Source of the DNA: an uncultured bacterium
GTDB taxonomy: Bacteria; Lernaellota; Lernaellaia; Lernaellales; Lernaellaceae
Assembly (NCBI GenBank): GCA_964534375.1
Contig: CAZHPN010000120.1
Coordinates: 1 to 19,414 of the forward strand
Direction: 5' to 3'
DNA length: 19,414 bases
The translations under genes and the position numbers were made by a program. This document shows positions 8,502 to 16,200 of this stretch, one piece after another (the stretch's first letter is position 1; each line of letters opens with the position of its first letter). Below the pieces are notes generated by a model. The model did no database searches. It was not told where the DNA came from and saw only the letters and a program-made list of their open reading frames with translations.

Positions 8502-9560
8502 TTATGGCCGATGCCAGTAAGGGTACTCGCAGTCGAACGACGTCGAGGTCACGGCCGTCAGGCCTAGGGGGCTGGTTAACGAATCGGCCGTGAACACCTG
8601 GAACGCATCATTGACGCTTCCGATCAAGACAAAATGGGCCCCGTCCGCCGTCGGCTTGAACGAGTCATACGCGGCCACGTCGATGAGCCCGTGGTTCGGC
8701 ATGTTCACCGCGGGAATGTCGAAGAGCTTTTCCGGATCCCCGCCCGAAACGGGGACGCGGTTCAGGCTATACCCATCGATTCCCAATTCGTAATACACCC
8801 ACTGACCCGTGCTGTCGAAAAACGGCGAACTTGGCCCGCCGGACACGGCGGTATAGTTGGTCAGTTTCACGGCGGCGCCGCCGGCGTTCAGGTCGTACGC
8901 CATGACGTTGAAGTACACGCCGTCGTTGTCCGAAAGGTACGTCACTTTCGTCCCATCCGGCGAAAGGGCCGCTTGGTTGTCGTTCCGCGGATTCTCGTCG
9001 TCGAAGAGGGGATGCGCGTCCGAGCCGTCCAACTGCGCCAACCACAGGCGGTCCAGCGCCTCCAGCGGGCCGATGCTCTTGTCGGATCGGGAGAAGATAA
9101 TCGTCGAACCGTCGGGGAAGACGGCGGGAAATCTCTCGTAAATCATCGTCCAATCGTCGCTCGTGATGCGGGCGTATGGTCCGCCGGCGACCGGCATTTT
9201 GTAAAGCGAACCTCCCGGCGGATCGTTCCCGGACGGCGTCGGATTTTCGAAGTTGGCCGAGAAAATGAGCGTCTGGCCGTCGGGCGTCGTCACCGGATCG
9301 ATCGCGGAATGCCCGCTCACCGCGACGAGCGTCGCGGGCGGGCTCATCGGCGCGCTCACCGACACGATGTTCTTTTGCAGGGCGTCGCTCGTGTCCTGCG
9401 CGCAGACGACAAAGCCAAAGGCTTCGTCGTCATCGTCGGCCGGCGACGCGTCGTCGTCCGCCGAAGCGGCCGAAATGCTGCTCGCCTTGCCGCAGGCGAA
9501 TGCACAAGCGAGCAACGCCAGCGCCAACAGCATAAACAAAATCCAACTCATACGTTTCAT
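8502..9560 (-). CDS. TolB-like (PD40/WD40-like) beta-propeller lipoprotein
   Basis: Leader ending in AFAC; Ser/DDD linker; repeated P..TPDGQTLIFS, PAVFPDGSTIIFS, ALSPDGTKVTY, PFFDSTGQWVYY and PTADGAHFV blades. Confidence 0.8.
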   Translation of the reverse strand: MKRMSWILFMLLALALLACAFACGKASSISAASADDDASPADDDDEAFGFVVCAQDTSDALQKNIVSVSAPMSPPATLVAVSGHSAIDPVTTPDGQTLIFSANFENPTPSGNDPPGGSLYKMPVAGGPYARITSDDWTMIYERFPAVFPDGSTIIFSRSDKSIGPLEALDRLWLAQLDGSDAHPLFDDENPRNDNQAALSPDGTKVTYLSDNDGVYFNVMAYDLNAGGAAVKLTNYTAVSGGPSSPFFDSTGQWVYYELGIDGYSLNRVPVSGGDPEKLFDIPAVNMPNHGLIDVAAYDSFKPTADGAHFVLIGSVNDAFQVFTADSLTSPLGLTAVTSTSFDCEYPYWHRP

Positions 9561-9782
9561 GGAAACACCCCGTCGCGGTCGCGACAAATGATGCAGTTGC
9601 CAAGCGTTTTCGGATGATTGCCTCTCACGGTGCACATTATTTTTACCAAGACGCCGGCGCCGGGTCAAGCAATCGGCTCGACCGGCGCGCCGCCGCCTAG
9701 AAACCGCGTTCGCGCAAAAGCGCGGCGATCTCACCGTAGAATTCGATGTGGTCGAAATTCGCCCAACCGGCGGGCTGCGCCA

Positions 9783-9884
9783 CAGAAGTGGCTGGCGCCA
9801 TTGGCCGGCGGGCATTACTGGCCGGCAGAAGTGGCTGGCGCCACTGGCCGGGCGCCATTGGCCGGGCCGGCGGCGCCGTTGGCC
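9783..9884. repeat. Intergenic GC-rich direct repeats
   Basis: CAGAAGTGGCTGGCGCCA(T/C)TGGCCGG at 9783-9808 and 9826-9851; the core GCGCC(A/G)TTGGCC recurs at 9852 and 9873. Confidence 0.8.
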
Positions 9885-9990
9885 TGCACCGTAAGCCGGC
9901 TCTTGGTTGCGGCCGAAGGGCCGCGCCAAGGTCTCTGTGCTGCCGCTCCGTGGACTCAATGTTTCGAGTTCGCCAGCCGCCCGCACGGTT

Positions 9991-11490
9991 TCATTTCGGC
10001 GCCACGGTGATTTGCGTCCAGGCCGCGTGGCGGTCGCCCGTCACGGACAGAACGTCATGCGCCTGATCGTACGTATAGCTCCATGCGCCGTCGGGGTCCG
10101 TCGAAGTCACGACGAAGCCGTTGGGAAACCAGCGTTTCGAGGAAATGAAAATCTCGGTCGGCGCCGCGACGCGCGGGTCGGGCAGAAATTCGATCTCCAA
10201 CGTCGCGGGGTCGCGGGCAAGGCGGATCGCCAGCGGCGCCCCGGCGATAGCGCGCGGATACGGCTGCGCGAGTTCGTCGATGTACGTTTTGTAGCTCGGC
10301 TTCTGGTCTTCCGCGGCCAGGTGCTGGCTCACATATCCCCATTCCCAGTAGGCCCAGCCCGAAAGCGAGCGGTTGAACATTTGCAGCGATTGCCACAAAT
10401 ACGCGTTTTGGCCGGCAATGTCGGGATTCATGCCGAACTCGCCGCACATCAACGGCGCCTGCTGCACGGCGGCGCGGTCGAGCGCCCGGCCTTCCCACGT
10501 GTAGATGAAAGCCGGATCGCCGTTCCACGGCAGGTTCGAGCTGACGAGAAAGTCGTACATGTGCGGGAAATAAACCGCCTTGTCTTCCTTCATCGGCCCG
10601 ACGTGCGACGGCAAAAACGAACCGTTGACGATCCAGGACACGCCCTCGTAGAAGATCCAGTTGCGCTGATCGACCTCGCGAATCGCGTCGATCCACTTTT
10701 GGTAGGTCGAGGTCAGCACGGTCGCCTCCCATTCCTGCACGCGCAATAACTCCCAGCCTTGAAACGGCTCGTTCAGCAGATCGTAGCCGATCACCGCCGG
10801 ATGGTTGCCGAAGCGCCGCGCGTATTCCTGGAGCATCGCGATGTACCGCTGTTGCAGGTCGGCGTCGTCCCAAAAGCTCTGCCAGGATTGCAGCACGGCG
10901 GGCTCGATGTTGCCGAGAAACCCCAGGAACCCCAAATTGAGCGAAGTGTAATGGTACGGCGCCATGCGGACCGCCCACTGCGGCGCGCCGCGGCCGCCGG
11001 TCGCCGGCGAGTACGTATCCTGGTGGTTGTCGAGCACGACGCGAATGCCGAGATTCTGGCAGATGTCGAGCAACTCTTGCGCGCGGTCGAAATACGCCTC
11101 GTCGTATTGGCCCTCGGTCGGTTCGAGACTGCCCCAAAAGCGCTGCAGCCGCACGAAATTGAAGCCAAGTTCGGCCATCGACTCGAAATCCGCCTGCGAC
11201 ACGGCGCCCCACGCCGGCGTCCATGACCACTCGCCGGTGTCGTCGGTGACGTTGCAGCCGTGCAGGAACAGGGCGCGGCCGTACTCGTCGGCGATATACC
11301 ACTGGCCGGCGGATTCGATTTTCGCCGGCACGGGGCTCTGATCGTCGTCCGCCGAATCGTCGTCGGGGCTTTGATCGTCGTCCGCCTTTGGCGCGCCGGC
11401 GCTCGAAGTGCTGCTCGCGCCGCAGGCGACGGCGCCGGCGAACGCGGCCGCGACCGCCAGAAGCAAGAGGAATTGCGTGCCGCGTTTCAT
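9991..11490 (-). CDS. GH5 glycoside hydrolase lipoprotein, endoglycoceramidase-like
   Basis: GGAGG site; leader ending in AVAC; DDD linker; DEYGRALFLHGCN, GFNFVRL..W..LEP..GQYD, VVLDNHQD.YS, GAPQWA, VIGYDLLNEP (acid/base), PHMY, GEFG (nucleophile), GWAYW, and the PYPRAIAG.P C-terminal beta domain. Confidence 0.88.
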   Translation of the reverse strand: MKRGTQFLLLLAVAAAFAGAVACGASSTSSAGAPKADDDQSPDDDSADDDQSPVPAKIESAGQWYIADEYGRALFLHGCNVTDDTGEWSWTPAWGAVSQADFESMAELGFNFVRLQRFWGSLEPTEGQYDEAYFDRAQELLDICQNLGIRVVLDNHQDTYSPATGGRGAPQWAVRMAPYHYTSLNLGFLGFLGNIEPAVLQSWQSFWDDADLQQRYIAMLQEYARRFGNHPAVIGYDLLNEPFQGWELLRVQEWEATVLTSTYQKWIDAIREVDQRNWIFYEGVSWIVNGSFLPSHVGPMKEDKAVYFPHMYDFLVSSNLPWNGDPAFIYTWEGRALDRAAVQQAPLMCGEFGMNPDIAGQNAYLWQSLQMFNRSLSGWAYWEWGYVSQHLAAEDQKPSYKTYIDELAQPYPRAIAGAPLAIRLARDPATLEIEFLPDPRVAAPTEIFISSKRWFPNGFVVTSTDPDGAWSYTYDQAHDVLSVTGDRHAAWTQITVAPK

Positions 11491-11613
11491 TACGACGCCT
11501 CCGTTGACCATGCCTGTGCCGAACTCGAAGAGTCCTGAAAAGCCGCTTCTTCAGTCCATTGATACGCGTCGCGTTTTGCCTCGTCAAGCAACGCGATCGA
11601 GCGGGGCGGCGTG

Positions 11614-11655
11614 GAAGACAGAAGGCAGAAGTCAGAAGGCGGAGGTCGGAGGACA
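11614..11655. repeat. Degenerate heptamer tandem repeat (GAAGNCA-like, 6 units)
   Basis: GAAGACA GAAGGCA GAAGTCA GAAGGCG GAGGTCG GAGGACA. The same family occurs inverted at 710-728. Confidence 0.8.
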
Positions 11656-11824
11656 AGAGAGCCTCTTACATAAATACACGCTCGACGCCCGACTCTTGCG
11701 CCGACCTCTGGAAGTTTCGGTTCCCGACGTGCAAAAAGCAATTTTTGCAAGAGGCTCAGAAGTCGGAAATGGAGCCCAAGCCAGGCGCTGGTCAATATCC
11801 TGGGAATTCGATTTCTGGGAATCG

Positions 11825-13636
11825 CTAATTGGGGTAATGCAATATCAGGCCCGAGGGCGTGAACCATCCGGGGCCGACCGCGTACACGTCCGCGGGGGAA
11901 CTGCCCCAAATGGCGGACAGATATTCCGTCCCGCTGGGCAGCGTCACCGGCAACCAGGCGCCGGTGTCATAGCGCAACATGATGCCGACGCCCAAGTTTG
12001 CGGATTGGTCGCCGCCCACGGCGTAGATGTTCGTGTCGGAGGTCCCCCAGACGCCGTACAACCCGACGCTGTCCGACGTGCCGGGCGGCATCGACGGCCA
12101 CTGGCCGTCGAGGAACTCGTAGATCAGCGGCGTGATTGGCCCCTCGGCTTGCAGTTCTTCCCAGCCGACGGTGTACACCGTTGTGGACGAGCGCCAAATG
12201 CCGACGAGGAACTGGTCGTTCGTGTCCGACGGCCGCTGGAAGATGTTCGTCCACGACGATCCGTTGTATTGCAGCACGCCGGCAATGCCGTTGGTGTTGA
12301 CGTAGGTCGCGTACACATCGGTGGAATCCTTGCCGTAGACGCCCTCGATCGCCACCAGCCCCGACGGGTCGGTCGTCGACCACGCGGAACCGTTCCAGTG
12401 GGCGATGACGCCGACGCCTTGGACGACCGACCCAACCAGGAACACGTCCGAGGACGAAGTTCCCCACACGGCGTACCATACGGTCCCGATCAGTTGTTGC
12501 GACTGCGACGTCCACGACTTGCCGTTGTAACGCCAGATCGCGTCAACGGTGCTGACGCCGGAAGCGTTGTACATCCCGCCGACGGCGTACACGTCCGACA
12601 GCGAGGCGCCCCAAACGGCGTAAAACATTTCCGCATCGGAGGTCTTCAGCGCCGTCGTCCAGGAGCCGGAACCGTCGCTGTGATAAATGTAGCCGGCGGT
12701 CGGTTTGTTGGTGTCGGCGTTGAGCGCGCCGCCGACGGCGTACACGTCGCTCGCGGAACTGCCCCAGACGCCGTTCAGCCCCGCGCCGAGCGTCGCCTGG
12801 ATCGTCCACGTCCACGACGACGGGCACGACGTGTGGTCGCAATCTGCGTCGCCGTTCCACAGGCCCAGGCTGGCGGTGCATGAGCTTTCCGTGACGTTGG
12901 GGCTGCAACCGCCGGTCGGCAGGCAGCAGGCGCCCGTTTCCGAGCCGCAGCTATGGGTGGCGCAATTGCCGGAATGCCATTTGCCCGTGCAGTTCTTCTC
13001 GATGACGTTGGTGCATTCGTTGTACGCGTTGCAGCAGGCGCCGGCGGGCGCGCAATCGGCGTCGCGGCAGTTGTCGTCAGCGGTCCAGGCGCCTTTTTGC
13101 GCGGCGCAGGCGCTCTGCGTCGCCATCTCGTCGCAACCGCCGTTGGGCAAACAGCAGGCGCCGGTTTCCGTGCCGCAGTTGTAGGTGGTGCAGGCGCCCG
13201 AATGCCAGGAGCCGCCGATCGAACCCGTGCAGAAATCCGCCGTTACGCCATAGCAAGCGTTCCAGCGATCGCAGCAGGCCCCGGCAGGCGCGCAGTTGGC
13301 GTCGCGGCAGCTATCGTCGGCGGTCCAGACGCCGCCCTCGCCGGTGCAAACACTCTGCGCCACCATCTCGTTGCAACCGCCGTTGGTCTGGCAACAGGCG
13401 CCGGTTTCCGTGCCGCAGTTGTAGCTGGAGCAATCGCCGGCGTGCCACGTGCCGACGAAGACATCGGTGCAATCCGCCTGGGTGTCGTTGGTGCAGGCGT
13501 TGTAGCGATCGCAGCACGCCCCGGCGACGCCCGAACTCGACGAGCCGTTGGTGATGGTGCCGCCGCCGCAAGCGACGATCGACGCGATCGCCGTCAGCGC
13601 CAGGACGATCGACAAAAAACTCCACCGGCGTATCAT
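11825..13636 (-). CDS. Lipoprotein with six Cys-rich GACC modules and a C-terminal WGSS-repeat beta-propeller
   Basis: AAGGAG site; leader ending in IVAC; three ~80-aa tandem units each with two GACC motifs; then about seven [VI]WG.S.SDVYAVG...I.[RH]Y[ND]G..W repeats. Confidence 0.85.
   Translation of the reverse strand: MIRRWSFLSIVLALTAIASIVACGGGTITNGSSSSGVAGACCDRYNACTNDTQADCTDVFVGTWHAGDCSSYNCGTETGACCQTNGGCNEMVAQSVCTGEGGVWTADDSCRDANCAPAGACCDRWNACYGVTADFCTGSIGGSWHSGACTTYNCGTETGACCLPNGGCDEMATQSACAAQKGAWTADDNCRDADCAPAGACCNAYNECTNVIEKNCTGKWHSGNCATHSCGSETGACCLPTGGCSPNVTESSCTASLGLWNGDADCDHTSCPSSWTWTIQATLGAGLNGVWGSSASDVYAVGGALNADTNKPTAGYIYHSDGSGSWTTALKTSDAEMFYAVWGASLSDVYAVGGMYNASGVSTVDAIWRYNGKSWTSQSQQLIGTVWYAVWGTSSSDVFLVGSVVQGVGVIAHWNGSAWSTTDPSGLVAIEGVYGKDSTDVYATYVNTNGIAGVLQYNGSSWTNIFQRPSDTNDQFLVGIWRSSTTVYTVGWEELQAEGPITPLIYEFLDGQWPSMPPGTSDSVGLYGVWGTSDTNIYAVGGDQSANLGVGIMLRYDTGAWLPVTLPSGTEYLSAIWGSSPADVYAVGPGWFTPSGLILHYPN
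12820..13522 (-). repeat. Intragenic tandem repeat, three units with a ~240-bp period
   Basis: For example, CAGGCGCCGGTTTCCGTGCCGCAGTTGTAG occurs twice, 240 bp apart. Protein units begin GACCDRYN, GACCDRWN and GACCNAYN. Confidence 0.85.
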
Positions 13637-13782
13637 TGTTGTTCGGCTCCTTCCCGGCTGGTCCGGCGCGACGGTGAAAGTTCTGAAGGGTCTTTTTATC
13701 AGTGTGATTGTCCGGCCGCGCCACGCCGATTGTCAAGCACTAATATTTTTCTCAAAAGGCGGACGGGGCTGCCGCCGGTCCG

Positions 13783-14364
13783 TTACTGCACGCAACGCGC
13801 GAAGCTGAAGTACGTATAGTCGTCATTGAGATAGCTGACGTGGCCGTTGGCGAAATAGACGGACCACGCGTCGCCGGCGACGTCGGCGACCGCCGAGGCC
13901 GACCAAAAATAGTCGCAGCCATCGGCCAACTGCGCCGGCCCGTAACAACCGTTGTCGGGGCCGTCGCCTGTGCCGCAAGCCGTGCCGATGCAGGAATCGT
14001 TCGCACAGGTCGAATCCCGGCAGTTATCCGTCACGCCGCAGCCGCCGCCCGTTTGCGTGCCCGAACAGCCGACGATCAAGGTGCGCAATTCGGAGATCGT
14101 CGGCAGGCGCCAACCGCCGCCGGCCAAGCCCTGGCAATGCGCCTGCGCGTCGGTCCAGGTCAAGGCGCCGCCGGTCGGCGTCACCTGCCAGGTCAGGCCC
14201 GACGACGGGTCGGTCCAGGAGGCGCCGGGTTCGTTGTCGTCATCGGCCGCCGGGCTGCTCGCGCCGCCGCTCGACCCGCTGCTCGACTTGCCGCCGCACG
14301 CGATCATCACAAAGACGCCGAAACATGCCAATGCCAGCAGCGCCAAACAAAGATGTTTTCTCAT
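13783..14364 (-). CDS. DUF1566 (Lcl C-terminal, C-type-lectin-like fold) lipoprotein
   Basis: GGAGG site before ATG 14364; leader ending in MIAC; SPAADDD linker; WTDPSSGLTWQ...TWTDAQAHC..L..GGWRLPTISELRTL...FWSAS...AWSVYFANG...ARCV. Confidence 0.88.
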   Translation of the reverse strand: MRKHLCLALLALACFGVFVMIACGGKSSSGSSGGASSPAADDDNEPGASWTDPSSGLTWQVTPTGGALTWTDAQAHCQGLAGGGWRLPTISELRTLIVGCSGTQTGGGCGVTDNCRDSTCANDSCIGTACGTGDGPDNGCYGPAQLADGCDYFWSASAVADVAGDAWSVYFANGHVSYLNDDYTYFSFARCVQ

Positions 14365-14710
14365 GTGGACCTCCGCCGCGTGCGCCGATTCCGGGGCGCA
14401 ACCGAAATTCCCGTGAATGCCAAGGCGTCTTTCATACATACCCGCCGCGCTCTTTGCCGTCAAGCAAACCGCCGGCGGGCCGGGCGCGAATGACGACTTA
14501 CGAGTTACGCGTTTCCCAATCACGTCCTCAATCGGCGCGCGCCACTCGGCGCTATGGGACTTATGGGACCATGGAAACGGTCGATATTACGGGCAATGAT
14601 GCGAATAATGGAATGTTGATCACGGGTGGCGCAAGAGGAAAGGCAGAGAGAGTTTAGCGCGGCCTTCAACCGCATTAAAAGGCACGGAACTGCTTTTTTC
14701 CGCCGAAGTG

Positions 14711-14788
14711 TCACGCGGAGACTCGGAGACTGCGGAGAAGACACGTAGCCGCCTCATATCTCTCCGCGACCTCCGCGCCTCCGCGTGA
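14711..14788. repeat. Inverted repeat built from (C)GCGGAG / CTCCGCG units
   Basis: TCACGCGGAG ACTCGGAG ACTGCGGAGA on the left pairs with TCTCCGCGAC CTCCGCGC CTCCGCGTGA on the right. The terminal 10 bp are perfectly complementary. Confidence 0.85.
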
Positions 14789-14808
14789 ACCCCTATCGTA
14801 ACTTGCAC

Positions 14809-14995
14809 AAATCTTTGCGCGCAGCGCAAAGAAATTCAGCGACAGTAGTGCAGAGTTCGACCAAAGAAAGCCGGGGCGTTTCGTCATGCCCGCGCGCGAA
14901 GGCGGTCGCGGGTGCACGAAACGTCCCACCTCGCTCTCTTTCTTGTCTGTCTCTGGACTGCTAACGGTCTGTTTCTTGTTTCTGCGCAAAGATTT
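14809..14995 (+). ncRNA. Candidate structured RNA or foldback element (187-nt rod-like hairpin); family not recognised
   Basis: Nested complementary blocks run from a perfect 12-bp closing stem to a GAAG apical loop. Four non-Watson-Crick pairs within helices are G-U on the plus strand. Confidence 0.5.
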
Positions 14996-15046
14996 TTTCA
15001 TGCCGCCGAAGGTTGCGCGATGAACTGGTCGATACGCAGCGTCTGC

Positions 15047-15138
15047 ACCCCCTCACCCCCGGCCCTCTCCCACCGAGGGGAGAGGGGAGGTTTGGTTCCC
15101 CTCTCCAGGACGTGGGAGAGGGGGAAGGGGGAAGGGGT
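15047..15138. repeat. REP-like double hairpin (CCCTCTCCC...GGGAGAGGG type)
   Basis: CCCCTCACCCCCGG CCCTCTCCC...GGGAGAGGG, then CCCCTCTCC...GGAGAGGGG, closed by GGGGGAAGGGGT. Confidence 0.85.
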
Positions 15139-15204
15139 AAGGGGCTTCGGTTGCTACCCGAAGGGTCGCGCTAAGGCTCTGTGGCTCCTTTCTCCGGGAA
15201 CGGA

Positions 15205-15233
15205 TTGACACGCCCCGGCCCCGAACATAGGAT
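15205..15233 (+). promoter_or_regulatory. Sigma70-type promoter of the yfgM-like/bamB-like/FGE operon
   Basis: TTGACA-17 bp-TAGGAT, ending 35 bp before GTG 15269, with a GGGAG ribosome site between. Confidence 0.7.
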
Positions 15234-15268
15234 ACGTCGGATTTTCCGAAAAGCAGGGAGAACAATTC

Positions 15269-16075
15269 GTGGCGCATAAGGTAAAAATCACCCGGAAGCA
15301 GATCAAGCAAGACGACAAATTCCTCGCGGCCATCAAGGGCGTGACGCGCAAGGTGATCGTCACGACGACCGACCGCACGTGGCTCGAAAAAAACCGCACG
15401 ATTCTGATCGCCTGCGCGGCGGCGCTGCTGCTTGTCGTGGTCGGCGTCGGCGTTTATTTTGGGGTCAATTCGTGGCAGCGACGCGGCGCGGAGAAGCTGA
15501 TGGCGCAGGCCGACGCGATTTACCGGGCGCCGGTCGTGACCGCGGAAGAACTTCAGAAAAACCGCATGTTGCGCTCGCTGGGCGCCTACACCGAGGCCGG
15601 CAAAAAATGGTCCGACGCCGCCGCGGCCTACGATCGCCTGAGCACGGCGTACCCGCGCAGCCAGGCGGGCCTGCTCGCCGCCTACTACGCCGGAAATTGC
15701 TATTACGACCTCAAGAAATACGACGACGCGATCGCTCGTTACCAGGACTATCTCGCCAAAGCCGGCGCCAATGCGCCGTTTGCCGCGTTCGCCCGGCAGA
15801 GCGTCGGCTACGCCTACGAGGCGGAAGGCAAACTCAAGGAAGCCGAAACGGCGTTTCAGGGCCTGACGGCGGACGCCAGCGAGACGACGGCGTTTTTGAG
15901 CCTCTTCGATCTCGCGCGCATCCTGGAAAAAGAGCAGCAATGGGACCGCGCCATCGCCACGCTGAAAAAAGTCGACGAGGCGAAACTCGAACAGGGTCCG
16001 CAGATGATGGAATTCAAACGGCAGGCGGACGTGAAGATCGCCGCCCTGGAAGCGCGTCGCGGCAGCGCGTCGTAA
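15269..16075 (+). CDS. Membrane-anchored TPR protein, YfgM-like
   Basis: KITRKQIKQDDKFL N-terminus; one TM helix; TPR motifs (YPRS.AG.LA.YYAGNCYY.LKKYDDAI..YQ; LFDLARILE). Lies directly upstream of a BamB-like gene, the known yfgM-bamB order. Confidence 0.8.
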   Translation: MAHKVKITRKQIKQDDKFLAAIKGVTRKVIVTTTDRTWLEKNRTILIACAAALLLVVVGVGVYFGVNSWQRRGAEKLMAQADAIYRAPVVTAEELQKNRMLRSLGAYTEAGKKWSDAAAAYDRLSTAYPRSQAGLLAAYYAGNCYYDLKKYDDAIARYQDYLAKAGANAPFAAFARQSVGYAYEAEGKLKEAETAFQGLTADASETTAFLSLFDLARILEKEQQWDRAIATLKKVDEAKLEQGPQMMEFKRQADVKIAALEARRGSAS

Positions 16076-16200
16076 TGCGGATTGCCGAATTCGGATTGCG
16101 GTTCGTTCCGAACGGCGAATGCCGAACACGGGATGCGGAGTGCGGAATGACAAAAGCGCGGTTCGCCGGCTCCGAATCCCGAATCCCGGATTCCGAATCC
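16076..16200. repeat. Degenerate heptamer tracts (TGCGGAT/TTCGGAT type and TCCGAAT/CCCGAAT type)
   Basis: TGCGGAT TGCCGAA TTCGGAT TGCGG (16076-16101); GGATGCG GAGTGCG GAATG (from 16131); TCCGAAT CCCGAAT CCCGGAT TCCGAAT (16171-16198). Confidence 0.8.

Noticed and set aside
9783..9884. Mini CRISPR array
   Set aside because: Only two full copies, a 17-bp spacer that itself resembles the repeat, and no cas genes.
12820..13522. 240-bp repeats as a TR/VR pair or CRISPR array
   Set aside because: They are in-frame coding repeats with mismatches at all four bases and no constant-repeat/unique-spacer pattern.
13750..13782. Intrinsic terminator after the DUF1566 gene
   Set aside because: The stem (CGGAC/GTCCG plus 3 bp) is interrupted and the U-tract is short and offset, so it is too weak to call.
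14809..14995. Assignment of the rod hairpin as SRP RNA, tRNA or definite 6S RNA
   Set aside because: No SRP core (CAGG...GGAA...AGCAG), no cloverleaf and no clear large central bubble. Left unassigned.
15379..16074. N-terminal ~230 aa of the 674-aa ORF in the ORF track
   Set aside because: An Arg-rich out-of-frame overlap with the YfgM-like gene. The BamB-like protein begins at or after 16075.
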